From Alphaproteobacteria bacterium (GTDB lineage Bacteria; Pseudomonadota; Alphaproteobacteria; UBA7887): a stretch of 64,000 bases of DNA. The translations under genes were made by a program, and so were the position numbers. How positions within the stretch are numbered: position 1 is the stretch's first letter; the number at the start of each line of letters is the position of its first letter. The stretch spans positions 864,001 through 928,000 of the forward strand of contig CBDCGL010000011.1 in NCBI GenBank assembly GCA_965216755.1, given 5' to 3'. Shown here one piece after another: positions 53,424 through 62,730 of the stretch. The notes beneath the pieces were generated by a model that saw only the letters and a list, made by a program, of their open reading frames with translations, was not told the DNA's origin and ran no database searches.

Positions 53424-56400
53424 CTACAGATCATGCACGTCAATCACGCCGGGTACAGCTTTGAGCGCCGCACGTGCTGCCGGCGAAACGGCAAAACGAC
53501 CCGACAGGGCGATTTCGGCCTCTTCGTCCAATGGAAGACGCACCACCAGGCGCAACTGTCCGCTGCCACGCCCACCCCGGTCGATGACCGACTTCAGTGC
53601 CGAGATTGCGACCCCGTCGGCAACGAAAACCTTGAGGCCTTTGATAAGGTCGGCCGCCTTTTCATCCAAGCGGGTCACCCGCCGGGCCATAATCCGAACT
53701 TGCTCTTCGTCGCGTTGGACTCCCACCTCAAGGTACAGCGTTTGACCAACATTCAAGAGGTCGCGCGCGCGCTCGAACACGTCGGAAAAAACCGCCACCT
53801 CATACATACCGGAAGCATCGGACATTTGAACGAAGGCGTAGCGACCACGGGCCGAGCGGCGCTCACGCACGCTCAATACAATCCCAGCCATATGCACGCC
53901 GTCGATCATCGTGCCGGCCATCACTTGTGTGTATGACAACACACCCAGCTCTTCCAGGCTCTTTTCGTAAGCGTGTAACGGGTGCGCTGAGAGGTAGAAG
54001 CCGATCGCTTCGAATTCATTAGACAGGCGATCGAACATCGGCCAATCGGCGACTACAGGCAATGGCGGGGTCAGCTGCTCATCAAGAACATCGCCGAATA
54101 GGCTAGATTGGTCGCTGGTACGCTCTTCTATAGTGGCATTGCCATAGCGCAGGAGAATATCCACCGACTCGAACATCTGCGCCCGATTGGGATTAAGCGT
54201 ATCAAAGCCACCGGCCTTTGCCAGATTTTCGAATTGTCGCTTATTCATCAGGCCGCCGCCCGAGCGAGCCGCAAAATCGAAGATGTCCTTAAAAGGCCCT
54301 TTCGTTTTGCGTTCTTCTAGGACCTGCCGCATCGCAGCGCCGCCGACATTCTTAATCGCCGCCAGGCCATAGCGAATCACACGCTTATCCTCGTCGATTC
54401 CCTCGACTTCAAAGTCGACACCCGAGCTGTTGATTTCGGGTGGCATCAGGGCGATCCCCAGCCGATCCAACTCTTGCTTGTAAATGTTCAGTTTGTCGGT
54501 GTTGCCCTGGTCCAGGGTCATGAGAGCGGCCAGAAATTCGACCGGATAATGGGCCTTCATGTAAGCGGTGTGGTAGGCGACCAAACCATAGCCTGCCGAA
54601 TGGGCTTTGTTGAACCCGTATCCCGCAAATTTATCGACAAGATCAAACACATAGCGGGCCCGATCCTTGTCGACACCCCGTGCGACGGCACCGTCGATAA
54701 AGGTGCCACGCTGGGCATCCATCTCAGCCTTTATCTTTTTTCCCATGGCCCGGCGAAGCAAATCGGCCTGGCCAAGTGTATAGCCCGCGAAGACTTGGGC
54801 GATCTGCATCACCTGTTCCTGATAGATGATCACGCCATAGGTGTCTTTGACCACGGGTTCGATGGTCTCGTGCAAGAATTCCGGCTGCTCGCGGCCGTGC
54901 TTGCACGCGATATATTTCGGGATGTTTTCCATCGGCCCGGGCCGATAGAGCGCGACCAACGCAATGATGTCCTCAAAGCTATCGACATGGGCCTCGCGTA
55001 ACAGGCTCCGCATGCCGGTACTTTCAAATTGGAACACGCCCACAGTTTCGCCGCTGGTCATCAAGTCGAACGTGTCTTGATCGTCTAGGGGCACGGTCGA
55101 CAGGTCGATTTCTTGGCCGCGGGACCGCACCAGCCGACACGCATGCTCAAGGACTGTGAGTGTCTTCAAACCAAGAAAATCGAATTTGACCAGTCCGGCT
55201 TGCTCAACATATTTCATGTTGAATTGGGTCACTGGCATGTCCGATCGCGGGTCGCGGTAGAGCGGAACCAGTTCCTGCAGGGGGCGATCGCCAATTACCA
55301 CGCCGGCCGCGTGCGTCGACGCGTGACGGTACAACCCCTCGAGCTTCAAGGCATAGTCGAGTAAACGCGCAACCGTGTCATCCTGCTGGCGTTCTTCTTG
55401 CAGCCGCGGTTCGCCGTCAATTGCCTCGGCTAGGGATACCGGGTTGGCGGGATTATTGGGCACCATCTTGCACAATCGGTCGACCTGACCATATGGCATC
55501 TGTAAGACCCGACCGACGTCGCGCAACACCGCCCGCGCTTGAAGCTTTCCGAACGTAATGATTTGCGCGACGCGATCACGGCCATATTCCTCCTGCACAT
55601 GCCGGATGACCTCGTCACGTCGTTCCTGGCAAAAATCGATATCGAAATCCGGCATCGAGACACGTTCGGGATTCAAGAAGCGCTCGAACAGCAAGCCAAA
55701 TTGGAGCGGGTTCAAATCGGTGATCGATAGCGCCCACGCGACCAAAGATCCGGCACCGGAACCACGCCCTGGGCCGACGGCGATACCTTCGCGCTTCGCA
55801 AACTGAATGAATTCGGCGACGATAAGGAAGTAGCCGGCAAAGCCCATTTGCACGATCACGTCCAGCTCGTAATCAAGCTGCTCGCGATAAGGTCGTGCTG
55901 CGACTTCTCGCGCCGCCCGGTCGAGATCGTCGGTAAAAACGTGGGTCTCCAGTCGCCTTTCCAAACCTTCGACCGCGAGGCGGCGCACGGCACCCTCTTC
56001 GTCGCCGCCGTCCGCGACATTCCCGGCGGTCGGCAACAGCGGTGCACGCGGTTCCACCATAAACGCACAGCGCTGGGCCACGACCAATGTATTGACCAGG
56101 GCCTCCGGTACATCCCCGAATAACGCGCGCATCTCTTCAGCTGACTTTAGATAGTGTTCCGGCGTCAACTGACGGCGATCGGTTTGCGATACGTAGCTGC
56201 CCTCAGCGATACATAAGAGCGCGTCGTGCGCTTCGAACATGTCGCGGTCACGAAAATATGGTTCGTTGGTTGCAATCAGGGGTAGCTCGTGACGGTAGGC
56301 GAGCGCCAACAGCGACGGTTCAATTTCGTTTTCTCTGTCGGTGCCATGACGCTGTAGCTCGACGTAAAGTCGACCCGGGAAGAGTTTTGCTAGCCGCGAC

Positions 56401-56882
56401 AGGATGGCTTCGGCCGCGTCGGCCTGGCCCTTGGCCAAAAAATGGCCAATCGGGCCATAGGGCCCGCCCGTCAGCAAGATCAAACCCGCATTGTGGCGCT
56501 CAAGCGCGTCTTCGCTGACCTGTGGGTCAACGCCTGCGTCACCTTCCAAATACGCCGCACTGATCAAAGCCAACAGGTTGGCGTATCCCTGCTCATTTTG
56601 GGCCAACAGAACGATCGGATCGGCCGCTGGCGGCGCACCATTGCGCCGGTCGTCTTCCGGGCGAAGCAGGGCGACTTGACATCCGACGATGGGTTGAATG
56701 CCGGCTTTGGCGCACGCAAGTGAATATTCAAGTGCGCCAAATAGGTTGTTGGTGTCGGTCACAGCCATCGCGGGCATATTTTGGGCGACACAAAAGTCGA
56801 CCATTTGCGGTATGCGGATCGCACCTTCCGATAAGGAATAGGCGCTGTGGATATGCAAATGCACGAAATCAGCGTGTGTCAT
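53424..56882 (-). CDS. dnaE: DNA polymerase III alpha subunit
   Basis: PHP motif HLHIHSAYSL, GRGSGAGS, PDFDIDF, KFDFLGL and YGFNKAH. At 1152 aa there is no intein-sized insertion. Confidence 0.98.
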   Translation of the reverse strand: MTHADFVHLHIHSAYSLSEGAIRIPQMVDFCVAQNMPAMAVTDTNNLFGALEYSLACAKAGIQPIVGCQVALLRPEDDRRNGAPPAADPIVLLAQNEQGYANLLALISAAYLEGDAGVDPQVSEDALERHNAGLILLTGGPYGPIGHFLAKGQADAAEAILSRLAKLFPGRLYVELQRHGTDRENEIEPSLLALAYRHELPLIATNEPYFRDRDMFEAHDALLCIAEGSYVSQTDRRQLTPEHYLKSAEEMRALFGDVPEALVNTLVVAQRCAFMVEPRAPLLPTAGNVADGGDEEGAVRRLAVEGLERRLETHVFTDDLDRAAREVAARPYREQLDYELDVIVQMGFAGYFLIVAEFIQFAKREGIAVGPGRGSGAGSLVAWALSITDLNPLQFGLLFERFLNPERVSMPDFDIDFCQERRDEVIRHVQEEYGRDRVAQIITFGKLQARAVLRDVGRVLQMPYGQVDRLCKMVPNNPANPVSLAEAIDGEPRLQEERQQDDTVARLLDYALKLEGLYRHASTHAAGVVIGDRPLQELVPLYRDPRSDMPVTQFNMKYVEQAGLVKFDFLGLKTLTVLEHACRLVRSRGQEIDLSTVPLDDQDTFDLMTSGETVGVFQFESTGMRSLLREAHVDSFEDIIALVALYRPGPMENIPKYIACKHGREQPEFLHETIEPVVKDTYGVIIYQEQVMQIAQVFAGYTLGQADLLRRAMGKKIKAEMDAQRGTFIDGAVARGVDKDRARYVFDLVDKFAGYGFNKAHSAGYGLVAYHTAYMKAHYPVEFLAALMTLDQGNTDKLNIYKQELDRLGIALMPPEINSSGVDFEVEGIDEDKRVIRYGLAAIKNVGGAAMRQVLEERKTKGPFKDIFDFAARSGGGLMNKRQFENLAKAGGFDTLNPNRAQMFESVDILLRYGNATIEERTSDQSSLFGDVLDEQLTPPLPVVADWPMFDRLSNEFEAIGFYLSAHPLHAYEKSLEELGVLSYTQVMAGTMIDGVHMAGIVLSVRERRSARGRYAFVQMSDASGMYEVAVFSDVFERARDLLNVGQTLYLEVGVQRDEEQVRIMARRVTRLDEKAADLIKGLKVFVADGVAISALKSVIDRGGRGSGQLRLVVRLPLDEEAEIALSGRFAVSPAARAALKAVPGVIDVHDL

Positions 56883-57049
56883 CGTTGCTAGAATTCCAGA
56901 TTTCGCGACATTCGTCAGCCTGAACAGGACGGCAACATTTCGTGGCTGCTGTTAAAGACATCCTCAATATACTGTATGTTTCGCGTAATGCTGGACAGCA
57001 TGACGCTGCCGTTTCTAGATAACGCCGCATGCGATCGAGAGGATGAGAC

Positions 57050-57709
57050 GTGACCGACATTCAACACGATTCCGCCGAAACGATAGAGTCCACCGAAGGA
57101 CTCCGAGCGATCTATGATCAACCGACAGAGCGCGCGATCGGTAAGCAGCTCAATTCACTTGATGAGTTTTGTCGTGCCTTCATATCCCTGTCGCCGTTTG
57201 TCTGCGTGGCAACTGCTGATGCGAACGGCCAAGTCGATGTGAGCCCGCGCGGCGATGCGCCGGGATTCGTGCACGTCATCGATTCGAAAACTGTCGTCAT
57301 CCCTGATCGACGTGGCAACAATCGGCTTGACACATTTCGCAACGTCCTGGAAAACCCGTCGGCAGGCTTGATCTTCTTCATACCGGGATTCGCCGAGACG
57401 TTGCGGGTCAACGGTGCCGCCGCCGTGGTCAGAGATCCGGACCTCTGCTCGGCTGCCGCGATCAATGGCCAAACACCGAAAGCCCTCCTGAAGGTGGCGG
57501 CGCGCGAAGTGTTTTTTCACTGCGGCAAGGCATTGATCAGATCTCGGCTGTGGGATGCCGAGGCGCAAGTGCCACGGGATCGGCTTCCCGGCCTGGGCCG
57601 CATGATCGCGGAGCAAATCGCCGCCAAGACCGGCGACAATGTGGATGAAGCCGCCGCGGCGGCGGCAGACGCGTGGGTTGCGGAAGCCTATCGCACGAAG
57701 CTCTATTGA
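57050..57709 (+). CDS. Pyridoxamine 5'-phosphate oxidase-like FMN-binding protein (MSMEG_1061 type)
   Basis: Motifs DVSPRGDAPGFV, PDRRGNNRLD, ETLRVNG and HCGKALIRSRLW. Confidence 0.88.
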   Translation: MTDIQHDSAETIESTEGLRAIYDQPTERAIGKQLNSLDEFCRAFISLSPFVCVATADANGQVDVSPRGDAPGFVHVIDSKTVVIPDRRGNNRLDTFRNVLENPSAGLIFFIPGFAETLRVNGAAAVVRDPDLCSAAAINGQTPKALLKVAAREVFFHCGKALIRSRLWDAEAQVPRDRLPGLGRMIAEQIAAKTGDNVDEAAAAAADAWVAEAYRTKLY

Positions 57710-58083
57710 GGCTTCCCAGCCGCGAACGCGGTTTCCCAGTTGCGGCCATCGAAGAGATCAACGTCATAGTACGCGGACTCCAAGTCGAAATCGTCGAGGC
57801 AACACACATTGATCAAGAACATTTCGGGCGCCGAACGTGGGTGGCCGAAAGGATGGATGCCGCAGTGCCGGCAGAAATAGTGCTTTGAGACTCCTGTGTT
57901 GAACTGATAGAGCCTCAGTTCGTCCCGCCCTTCCTTCAGGCGAAAACGCTGCGTCGCAACACGCGTGAAGATCCCGCCTTTTTTCGTGCATATTGAGCAG
58001 TTGCAGCGAACCAGCCTGGTCAGATCCGCATCAACTTCGAACTTCACCGCGCCGCAATGGCAGCTGCCGTGATAAGTCTGCAT
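57703..58083 (-). CDS. GFA/CENP-V family zinc protein
   Basis: Motifs GSCHCGAV, CNCSICTKKG and HYFCRHCGIHPF. Strong GGAGG RBS before ATG 58083. Confidence 0.92.
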   Translation of the reverse strand: MQTYHGSCHCGAVKFEVDADLTRLVRCNCSICTKKGGIFTRVATQRFRLKEGRDELRLYQFNTGVSKHYFCRHCGIHPFGHPRSAPEMFLINVCCLDDFDLESAYYDVDLFDGRNWETAFAAGKPQ

Positions 58084-58116
58084 GAGTTCTTCCTCCTTCC
58101 ACCTGGACACTCCACG

Positions 58117-59238
58117 ATGACACAGTCGCCATCCGATTCTGACCGCCGCGCGTTCTATTTGGACTGGTTGCGGATCGGGGCCATGGCCGCCGTCTTCTTT
58201 TTTCACTGTGGCCGCGCGTTCGACACCCATGGCTGGCACATCAAGAACGACGTGACGACCCAAGGCTTTACGGTTTTCTCGCTGGTACTTGTTCAGTGGA
58301 TGATGCCGATTTTATTCCTCATCTCTGGTTGGGTTAGCTATTTGGTACTGCAAAAATCGGACATGGGCGCCTTCGTCAGGTCACGCGTCAAACGGCTATT
58401 GGTGCCGTTTATTGTCGGCACGTTGATATTGATTCCGCACCAAGTCTACGTTGAGCGGGTGACACAGGCCGGCGTGACCGAGAGATTCTTGACTTGGTTC
58501 CCCCAGTATTTTGACGGGTTCTACGCATTCGGCGGCAACTTCGCATGGATGGGGCTGCATCTGTGGTACCTGGAAATGCTGTTCATTTTCTCATTGCTAT
58601 TCTTGCCACTGCTTCTGTGGCTTCGCCACCCCGCCGAGGCCTGCCGATGGCCGGTATCATTCATTTGGCTTTCCTGCGCCTTGCCGCTTCTCGCGGTTGA
58701 ACTGCTGGTCGCGCTGTTCCCAGAAAGCATTGGCCGGCAGGATTTTGGTGGTTGGAGCCTGTTGACTTATATGGTTTGGTTTTGGCTCGGCTATTTGATT
58801 GGCCGAAACGTCCAGTTCCAACACGCCCTGATTGCCGCACGTCACGTTTCGCTCGCGATCGCCGCGACAAGCTTGGCAGCCGGATTCATGATTGTCTTAT
58901 CTGACGACATTGACTTTGGATATGTCGGCAACCTGAGTGTGCGCATCGGAGTCGCGTGGGGCGGAATCGCTGCGTTCCTCGGCTATGCGGCGCATCATCT
59001 CAATTTCGACGCGGTGCCAAGACGCGCGCTTAACGAAGCCATTCTGCCATTTTATATTTTGCACCAATCGGTGATCGTCCTGATCGCATTCTATGTCGTG
59101 CCACTGCCGCTGTCGCCATCAGTTAAATTTGGTTTGATCGCGGGACTATCTCTAGCGATGATATTAGTTGCCTATGTTTTTATTGTGCGGCGGTTCGGGC
59201 CACTTCGCTTTGTCTTTGGCATGCCGTATCGGCAATAG
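58117..59238 (+). CDS. Acyltransferase family 3 membrane protein (OpgC/MdoC-like)
   Basis: Motifs R.FYLDWLR, MPILFLISG, R.KRLLVPF, HLWYL and PFYILHQ, with multiple TM helices. Confidence 0.9.
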   Translation: MTQSPSDSDRRAFYLDWLRIGAMAAVFFFHCGRAFDTHGWHIKNDVTTQGFTVFSLVLVQWMMPILFLISGWVSYLVLQKSDMGAFVRSRVKRLLVPFIVGTLILIPHQVYVERVTQAGVTERFLTWFPQYFDGFYAFGGNFAWMGLHLWYLEMLFIFSLLFLPLLLWLRHPAEACRWPVSFIWLSCALPLLAVELLVALFPESIGRQDFGGWSLLTYMVWFWLGYLIGRNVQFQHALIAARHVSLAIAATSLAAGFMIVLSDDIDFGYVGNLSVRIGVAWGGIAAFLGYAAHHLNFDAVPRRALNEAILPFYILHQSVIVLIAFYVVPLPLSPSVKFGLIAGLSLAMILVAYVFIVRRFGPLRFVFGMPYRQ

Positions 59239-59278
59239 CCCGTCTTCACGCCCGCGCCTGCCCAAGGCTACTGTTTGG

Positions 59279-59433
59279 TGTGAGTCGGTTCACAGTTTCA
59301 ATCACAAAATCGCGATAGCGCCCTATCTCTCTTCATGTAAATTCGAGAAACGCCCAAATTTCGGCGGATTTTCGCGCAATCTATTCGACCTTATCGACAA
59401 GCAGCTTCTTTTCGTCGCGTGAAGCAGTTCACA
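59279..59433. promoter_or_regulatory. Two CRP-type boxes upstream of the small secreted protein gene
   Basis: TGTGA-GTCGGT-TCACA (59279-59294, perfect) and CGTGA-AGCAGT-TCACA (59418-59433). Confidence 0.55.
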
Positions 59434-59534
59434 GCGCGTCGCGGCGCCACGCTCTACTTTTCCCCCAGATCGAGGCCAAGACCAAATCACCCAAGCGCCA
59501 CACACGGACGCCCAAGCAAACCGGAGACACCGTC

Positions 59535-59786
59535 ATGATCAAGACCATCGCCATCGTTGCCGTTACGACCGCTCTATCGACCACCGCTGCGTTCGCGCAG
59601 GGCGGCGGCTATCAATGGAACCAGTCCGGTCCGACGAGCACCGACGCCGCCATGACCCAACCGGCCGAGAAGATCACAGCGACTCATCCCAACGCTTACG
59701 TGAAAACACCAACAGCGGCCGATGTCCACGTGACGGTGCAACCGGCAAAGATCTTCGCCCAAAGCCTAAATAGCTATGCTGGCTAA
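59535..59786 (+). CDS. Small secreted hypothetical protein (83 aa)
   Basis: GGAGA RBS, Sec signal MIKTIAIVAVTTALSTTAAFA and GC3-rich codons. No family recognised. Confidence 0.75.
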   Translation: MIKTIAIVAVTTALSTTAAFAQGGGYQWNQSGPTSTDAAMTQPAEKITATHPNAYVKTPTAADVHVTVQPAKIFAQSLNSYAG

Positions 59787-59857
59787 CGACCCCTGAATTC
59801 TCCCTCTCCTCCCCGACTGATGACTCGGCCATCCTGCCCCCTTACAGGATGGCCGCT
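59769..59857 (+). repeat. 89-bp direct repeat, copy 1
   Basis: Matches 61663-61751 at 86 of 89 positions. Confidence 0.95.
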
Positions 59858-59863
59858 TTCTTT
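59787..59863 (+). ncRNA. Candidate 3'UTR sRNA with anti-SD tract (suhB/MmgR-like)
   Basis: TTCTCCCTCTCCTCCCC-GACT followed by an 11-bp stem terminator. Confidence 0.4.
59826..59863 (+). terminator. Rho-independent terminator
   Basis: CGGCCATCCTG-CCCCCTTA-CAGGATGGCCG followed by CTTTCTTT. Confidence 0.8.
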
Positions 59864-59876
59864 GTATGCCCATTTG

Positions 59877-61004
59877 TCACTTGTGCGACGAAGGCTGACT
59901 TCCCGAGACCTTCCACGCTATCTGATAGGGCTCGAAAATTTCTAGATGTTCCTCTAACGTTATCAATCCGACGCATGGCATGGCGCCAACTTCCGGCATA
60001 TCACCCCTTGCAAGCTTCTTTGCTAAGATAATTGCCGGTGCACATGGAATGTAAAGCCCATCGCCACCACGTGCGACTAAGCTGAATTTCACCTGTTTTC
60101 TTCGGCCACGTCGTCCCTCACCCTTCAGCGTCATAGAGAACCCACTGCTCTCGCTCCCAAAGAAATCGAACATCTTTGAAAGCTGGAGTAAATGACCTGC
60201 ATACCGCTCCAAGTTTCCCATCAAACCGATTCTGACGAGCCATGAGAGGAGCCACAAGCCTAGGTGCAAGACAGGAACTTCGAGACTAGCTTGGAACCGA
60301 ACAGTCCTCAGCTCTGGATATTTCATCGGAAAGAGAGCTAGATCGGGAACGTCACAGTTACCCATAAAGCGCCATCCCAATCCGTCAAACCTCCGCCGCC
60401 GGAGATTCTGCCAGCCATAAACATCGATCATTTCGCCTTCAAACAACGTCGGAAATGCTCTACCCACGTAACTCAAAATCGCCGATGTCGTGGCGAAACC
60501 ACGGTTTGTAACTTGCGCCGTTGCGATACCGTAGTCGACCTCATGCAATGTGCGAAACGAGTTGCGATAAGTTTCGATGATGCTACTCGTCAGGCAAGGG
60601 ACAGAGCTTGCACCGCTACATATCAACAACTGACGTCGCTTGGCTGCGGCATCGAGCGCACCAATTCCCACGACGAACGCTCGCGCATCCGCCAGGTCGA
60701 TATAATGACAACCCTGTTCAATGCAGGCTTGGGCAACAAAGTGGTCCTGCTGCTGAAAAGGCCCGGATGTATGGATAACGACGAATGGGTCGACGTCTGC
60801 CAGCACTTCTTTCAGATTCTTGGACATATCCATTGCCACGGCGGACGCGGGATGATGTGCTTGTAGCCTCGTCGCCATTGCCTGGGCCTTCTCTAGTGAT
60901 CGCCCGGCAATCGTCAGTACTATCTGCTGGTCAGATGCGAGGTGGCAGGCAATTCGACATCCAAAATGCCCATAGCCGCCAATAATCAGAACCCTCCGTG
61001 TCAC
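59877..61004 (-). CDS. Saccharopine dehydrogenase-like NAD(P)-binding oxidoreductase
   Basis: Motifs VLIIGGYGHFG, IAGRS, GPFQ, HYIDLAD and SGASSVP. The GTG start overlaps the upstream TGA. Confidence 0.88.
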   Translation of the reverse strand: MTRRVLIIGGYGHFGCRIACHLASDQQIVLTIAGRSLEKAQAMATRLQAHHPASAVAMDMSKNLKEVLADVDPFVVIHTSGPFQQQDHFVAQACIEQGCHYIDLADARAFVVGIGALDAAAKRRQLLICSGASSVPCLTSSIIETYRNSFRTLHEVDYGIATAQVTNRGFATTSAILSYVGRAFPTLFEGEMIDVYGWQNLRRRRFDGLGWRFMGNCDVPDLALFPMKYPELRTVRFQASLEVPVLHLGLWLLSWLVRIGLMGNLERYAGHLLQLSKMFDFFGSESSGFSMTLKGEGRRGRRKQVKFSLVARGGDGLYIPCAPAIILAKKLARGDMPEVGAMPCVGLITLEEHLEIFEPYQIAWKVSGSQPSSHK

Positions 61005-61468
61005 GTGGGCCGAATTACCATTAAAAAAAACACGACAAGCAGCGCAATGAATGCAGGCCAACCGAGCGCAAACCAAACGCGAAACAGGCGACCATAAAGC
61101 GTGGGCAATGGTTTATTAAATGCCACACTATCCGCCAACAAGTTTCTCATGCGTATCTGCAGCCAAACGACTGGTAGCCAACAAGCGCCAGCCACAATGA
61201 ACAGACTGTATGATGCCGCAAGCCATGCGTCGAACCAACCGTAACCACCACGCCACACCAACCATACACCGGTGGCAGGCTGAATGATTGCCGCTGGCGC
61301 TGTGAAAAGGTAGTCGGCCAATACAGTCGTTCGGATGGCATAGTACTTTTCTCTCACACTGTCTGTGGCGCCGGAGCGCCACATAAAGAAGGCCGTAGAG
61401 AGTCCGGCACCAAAAAGAATCGTTGCACTAATGATATGAACTGTCTTTATCACGAAATAAATGTCCAT
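61001..61468 (-). CDS. DUF2269 family integral membrane protein
   Basis: Motifs K.VHIISATILFG.G, ADYLFT.PA.IIQP.TG, CWLPVVWLQ and WFALGWPAF. Confidence 0.85.
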   Translation of the reverse strand: MDIYFVIKTVHIISATILFGAGLSTAFFMWRSGATDSVREKYYAIRTTVLADYLFTAPAAIIQPATGVWLVWRGGYGWFDAWLAASYSLFIVAGACWLPVVWLQIRMRNLLADSVAFNKPLPTLYGRLFRVWFALGWPAFIALLVVFFLMVIRPT

Positions 61469-61662
61469 GGCGGATGAGATCACAAATTACTGTGCCATGT
61501 CCAGATTCCGCACAAATTCGTTGATAGACTGACTATTGCACAATCGACGTTACTCGGACCGGCTCGCATTTCCGGACTAGATCTGGTGGATCCGGTGGAG
61601 AACAGCCCGCACTTGCAAAGTGACATGCTGGAATTCCTTTCTCACGCCATCGAAGGCGCCCG

Positions 61663-61751
61663 AATAGCTATGCCGGTTAACGACCCCTGAATTCTCCCTC
61701 TCCTCCCCGACTGATGACTCGGCCATCCTGCCCCCTTAAAGGATGGCCGCT
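61663..61751 (+). repeat. 89-bp direct repeat, copy 2 (orphan gene 3' end plus hairpin)
   Basis: Matches 59769-59857. No start codon lies in the NSYAG* frame after the in-frame TGA at 61621. Confidence 0.95.
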
Positions 61752-61831
61752 ATATTTGGCGGCATGTGCTGGTAAACTATTCGCGCACTGCGGCAATGCA
61801 GCACGGCCGACGAGGATAAAGTTCCGCCATT

Positions 61832-62725
61832 TCATGTCATGCCCACGGGTGGTTTGCTTCGGCGGATACCAAACAGAGAATGCACGACGAGCGCAGAAAG
61901 CACGACGCCCCCGCCCAGCAGCGTCCGCGCACCCGGTGTCTCGCCAATGCCGATCCAAACCCACAATGGATTGAACACGGTTTCCAGCAGGGTTAGCAAG
62001 CCGACCTCGGCGGCGGTCAGATGAGGCGTGCCGCGCAAGAAAAAGAAAAAGCCAAGGCCCAGCTGAAAGATCCCCATCAGCGCCAGCAGGATCATGTCGG
62101 TCCATGGAACGGCTGTAATCTGCGCCAATGGTGCGCTGAAGGCCATCGCGAACAATCCAGCCAACATCACCGCAGGCACCATGTCGACATTCCGGTTCCG
62201 CCGTACAACGACGATATTGGCGCCAAAACATAGGGCGACACACAACGCAAAGACATTACCGAGGAAACTCGACGACTGCCAGGTTCCGCCATCGAGGCCG
62301 GCTCCTGTAAACATCAGTGCAATGCCCACCATCGCCGCCGCGATCGCCCACGCCGTGTGTGGTCGCACCTGTTCCCCAAGCAGAACGCGCCCGAGTATGG
62401 CTGATACCAATGGCGCCGCACTGAGGATCACCAAGACCGTCGCCACCAAAGTCCGGGTCATCGCGAGAATGAAGAAAACAAACGCGCCCGAAACGAGCAA
62501 CCCGGACAACACCCCACTCCAGCCCGCGGCATGAAACAACTGTGGCGCGGCCGCGCCATGACGCGCGGCCAGGTATATGGCGAACGCAATCACAAGGAAG
62601 AATGACCGATAGAAAATAACAGTCCAATCGTCGACCGAAACGGACCGCACGAGAATGCCGCCGGTGCTCCAGCACAACGTCGCCGCGGCTATAAACAACG
62701 CTCCGCGCAGCCGCGGCGACAGCAC
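61832..62725 (-). CDS. EamA/DMT family transporter
   Basis: Motifs WSTGGILVR, AP...LGE, LETVFNPLWVW and GETP, with about 10 TM helices. Confidence 0.9.
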   Translation of the reverse strand: MLSPRLRGALFIAAATLCWSTGGILVRSVSVDDWTVIFYRSFFLVIAFAIYLAARHGAAAPQLFHAAGWSGVLSGLLVSGAFVFFILAMTRTLVATVLVILSAAPLVSAILGRVLLGEQVRPHTAWAIAAAMVGIALMFTGAGLDGGTWQSSSFLGNVFALCVALCFGANIVVVRRNRNVDMVPAVMLAGLFAMAFSAPLAQITAVPWTDMILLALMGIFQLGLGFFFFLRGTPHLTAAEVGLLTLLETVFNPLWVWIGIGETPGARTLLGGGVVLSALVVHSLFGIRRSKPPVGMT

Positions 62726-62730
62726 GAGGT

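Noticed and set aside
53424-56882. Intein or intron in dnaE
   Set aside because: Normal length, continuous motifs and no splicing signatures.
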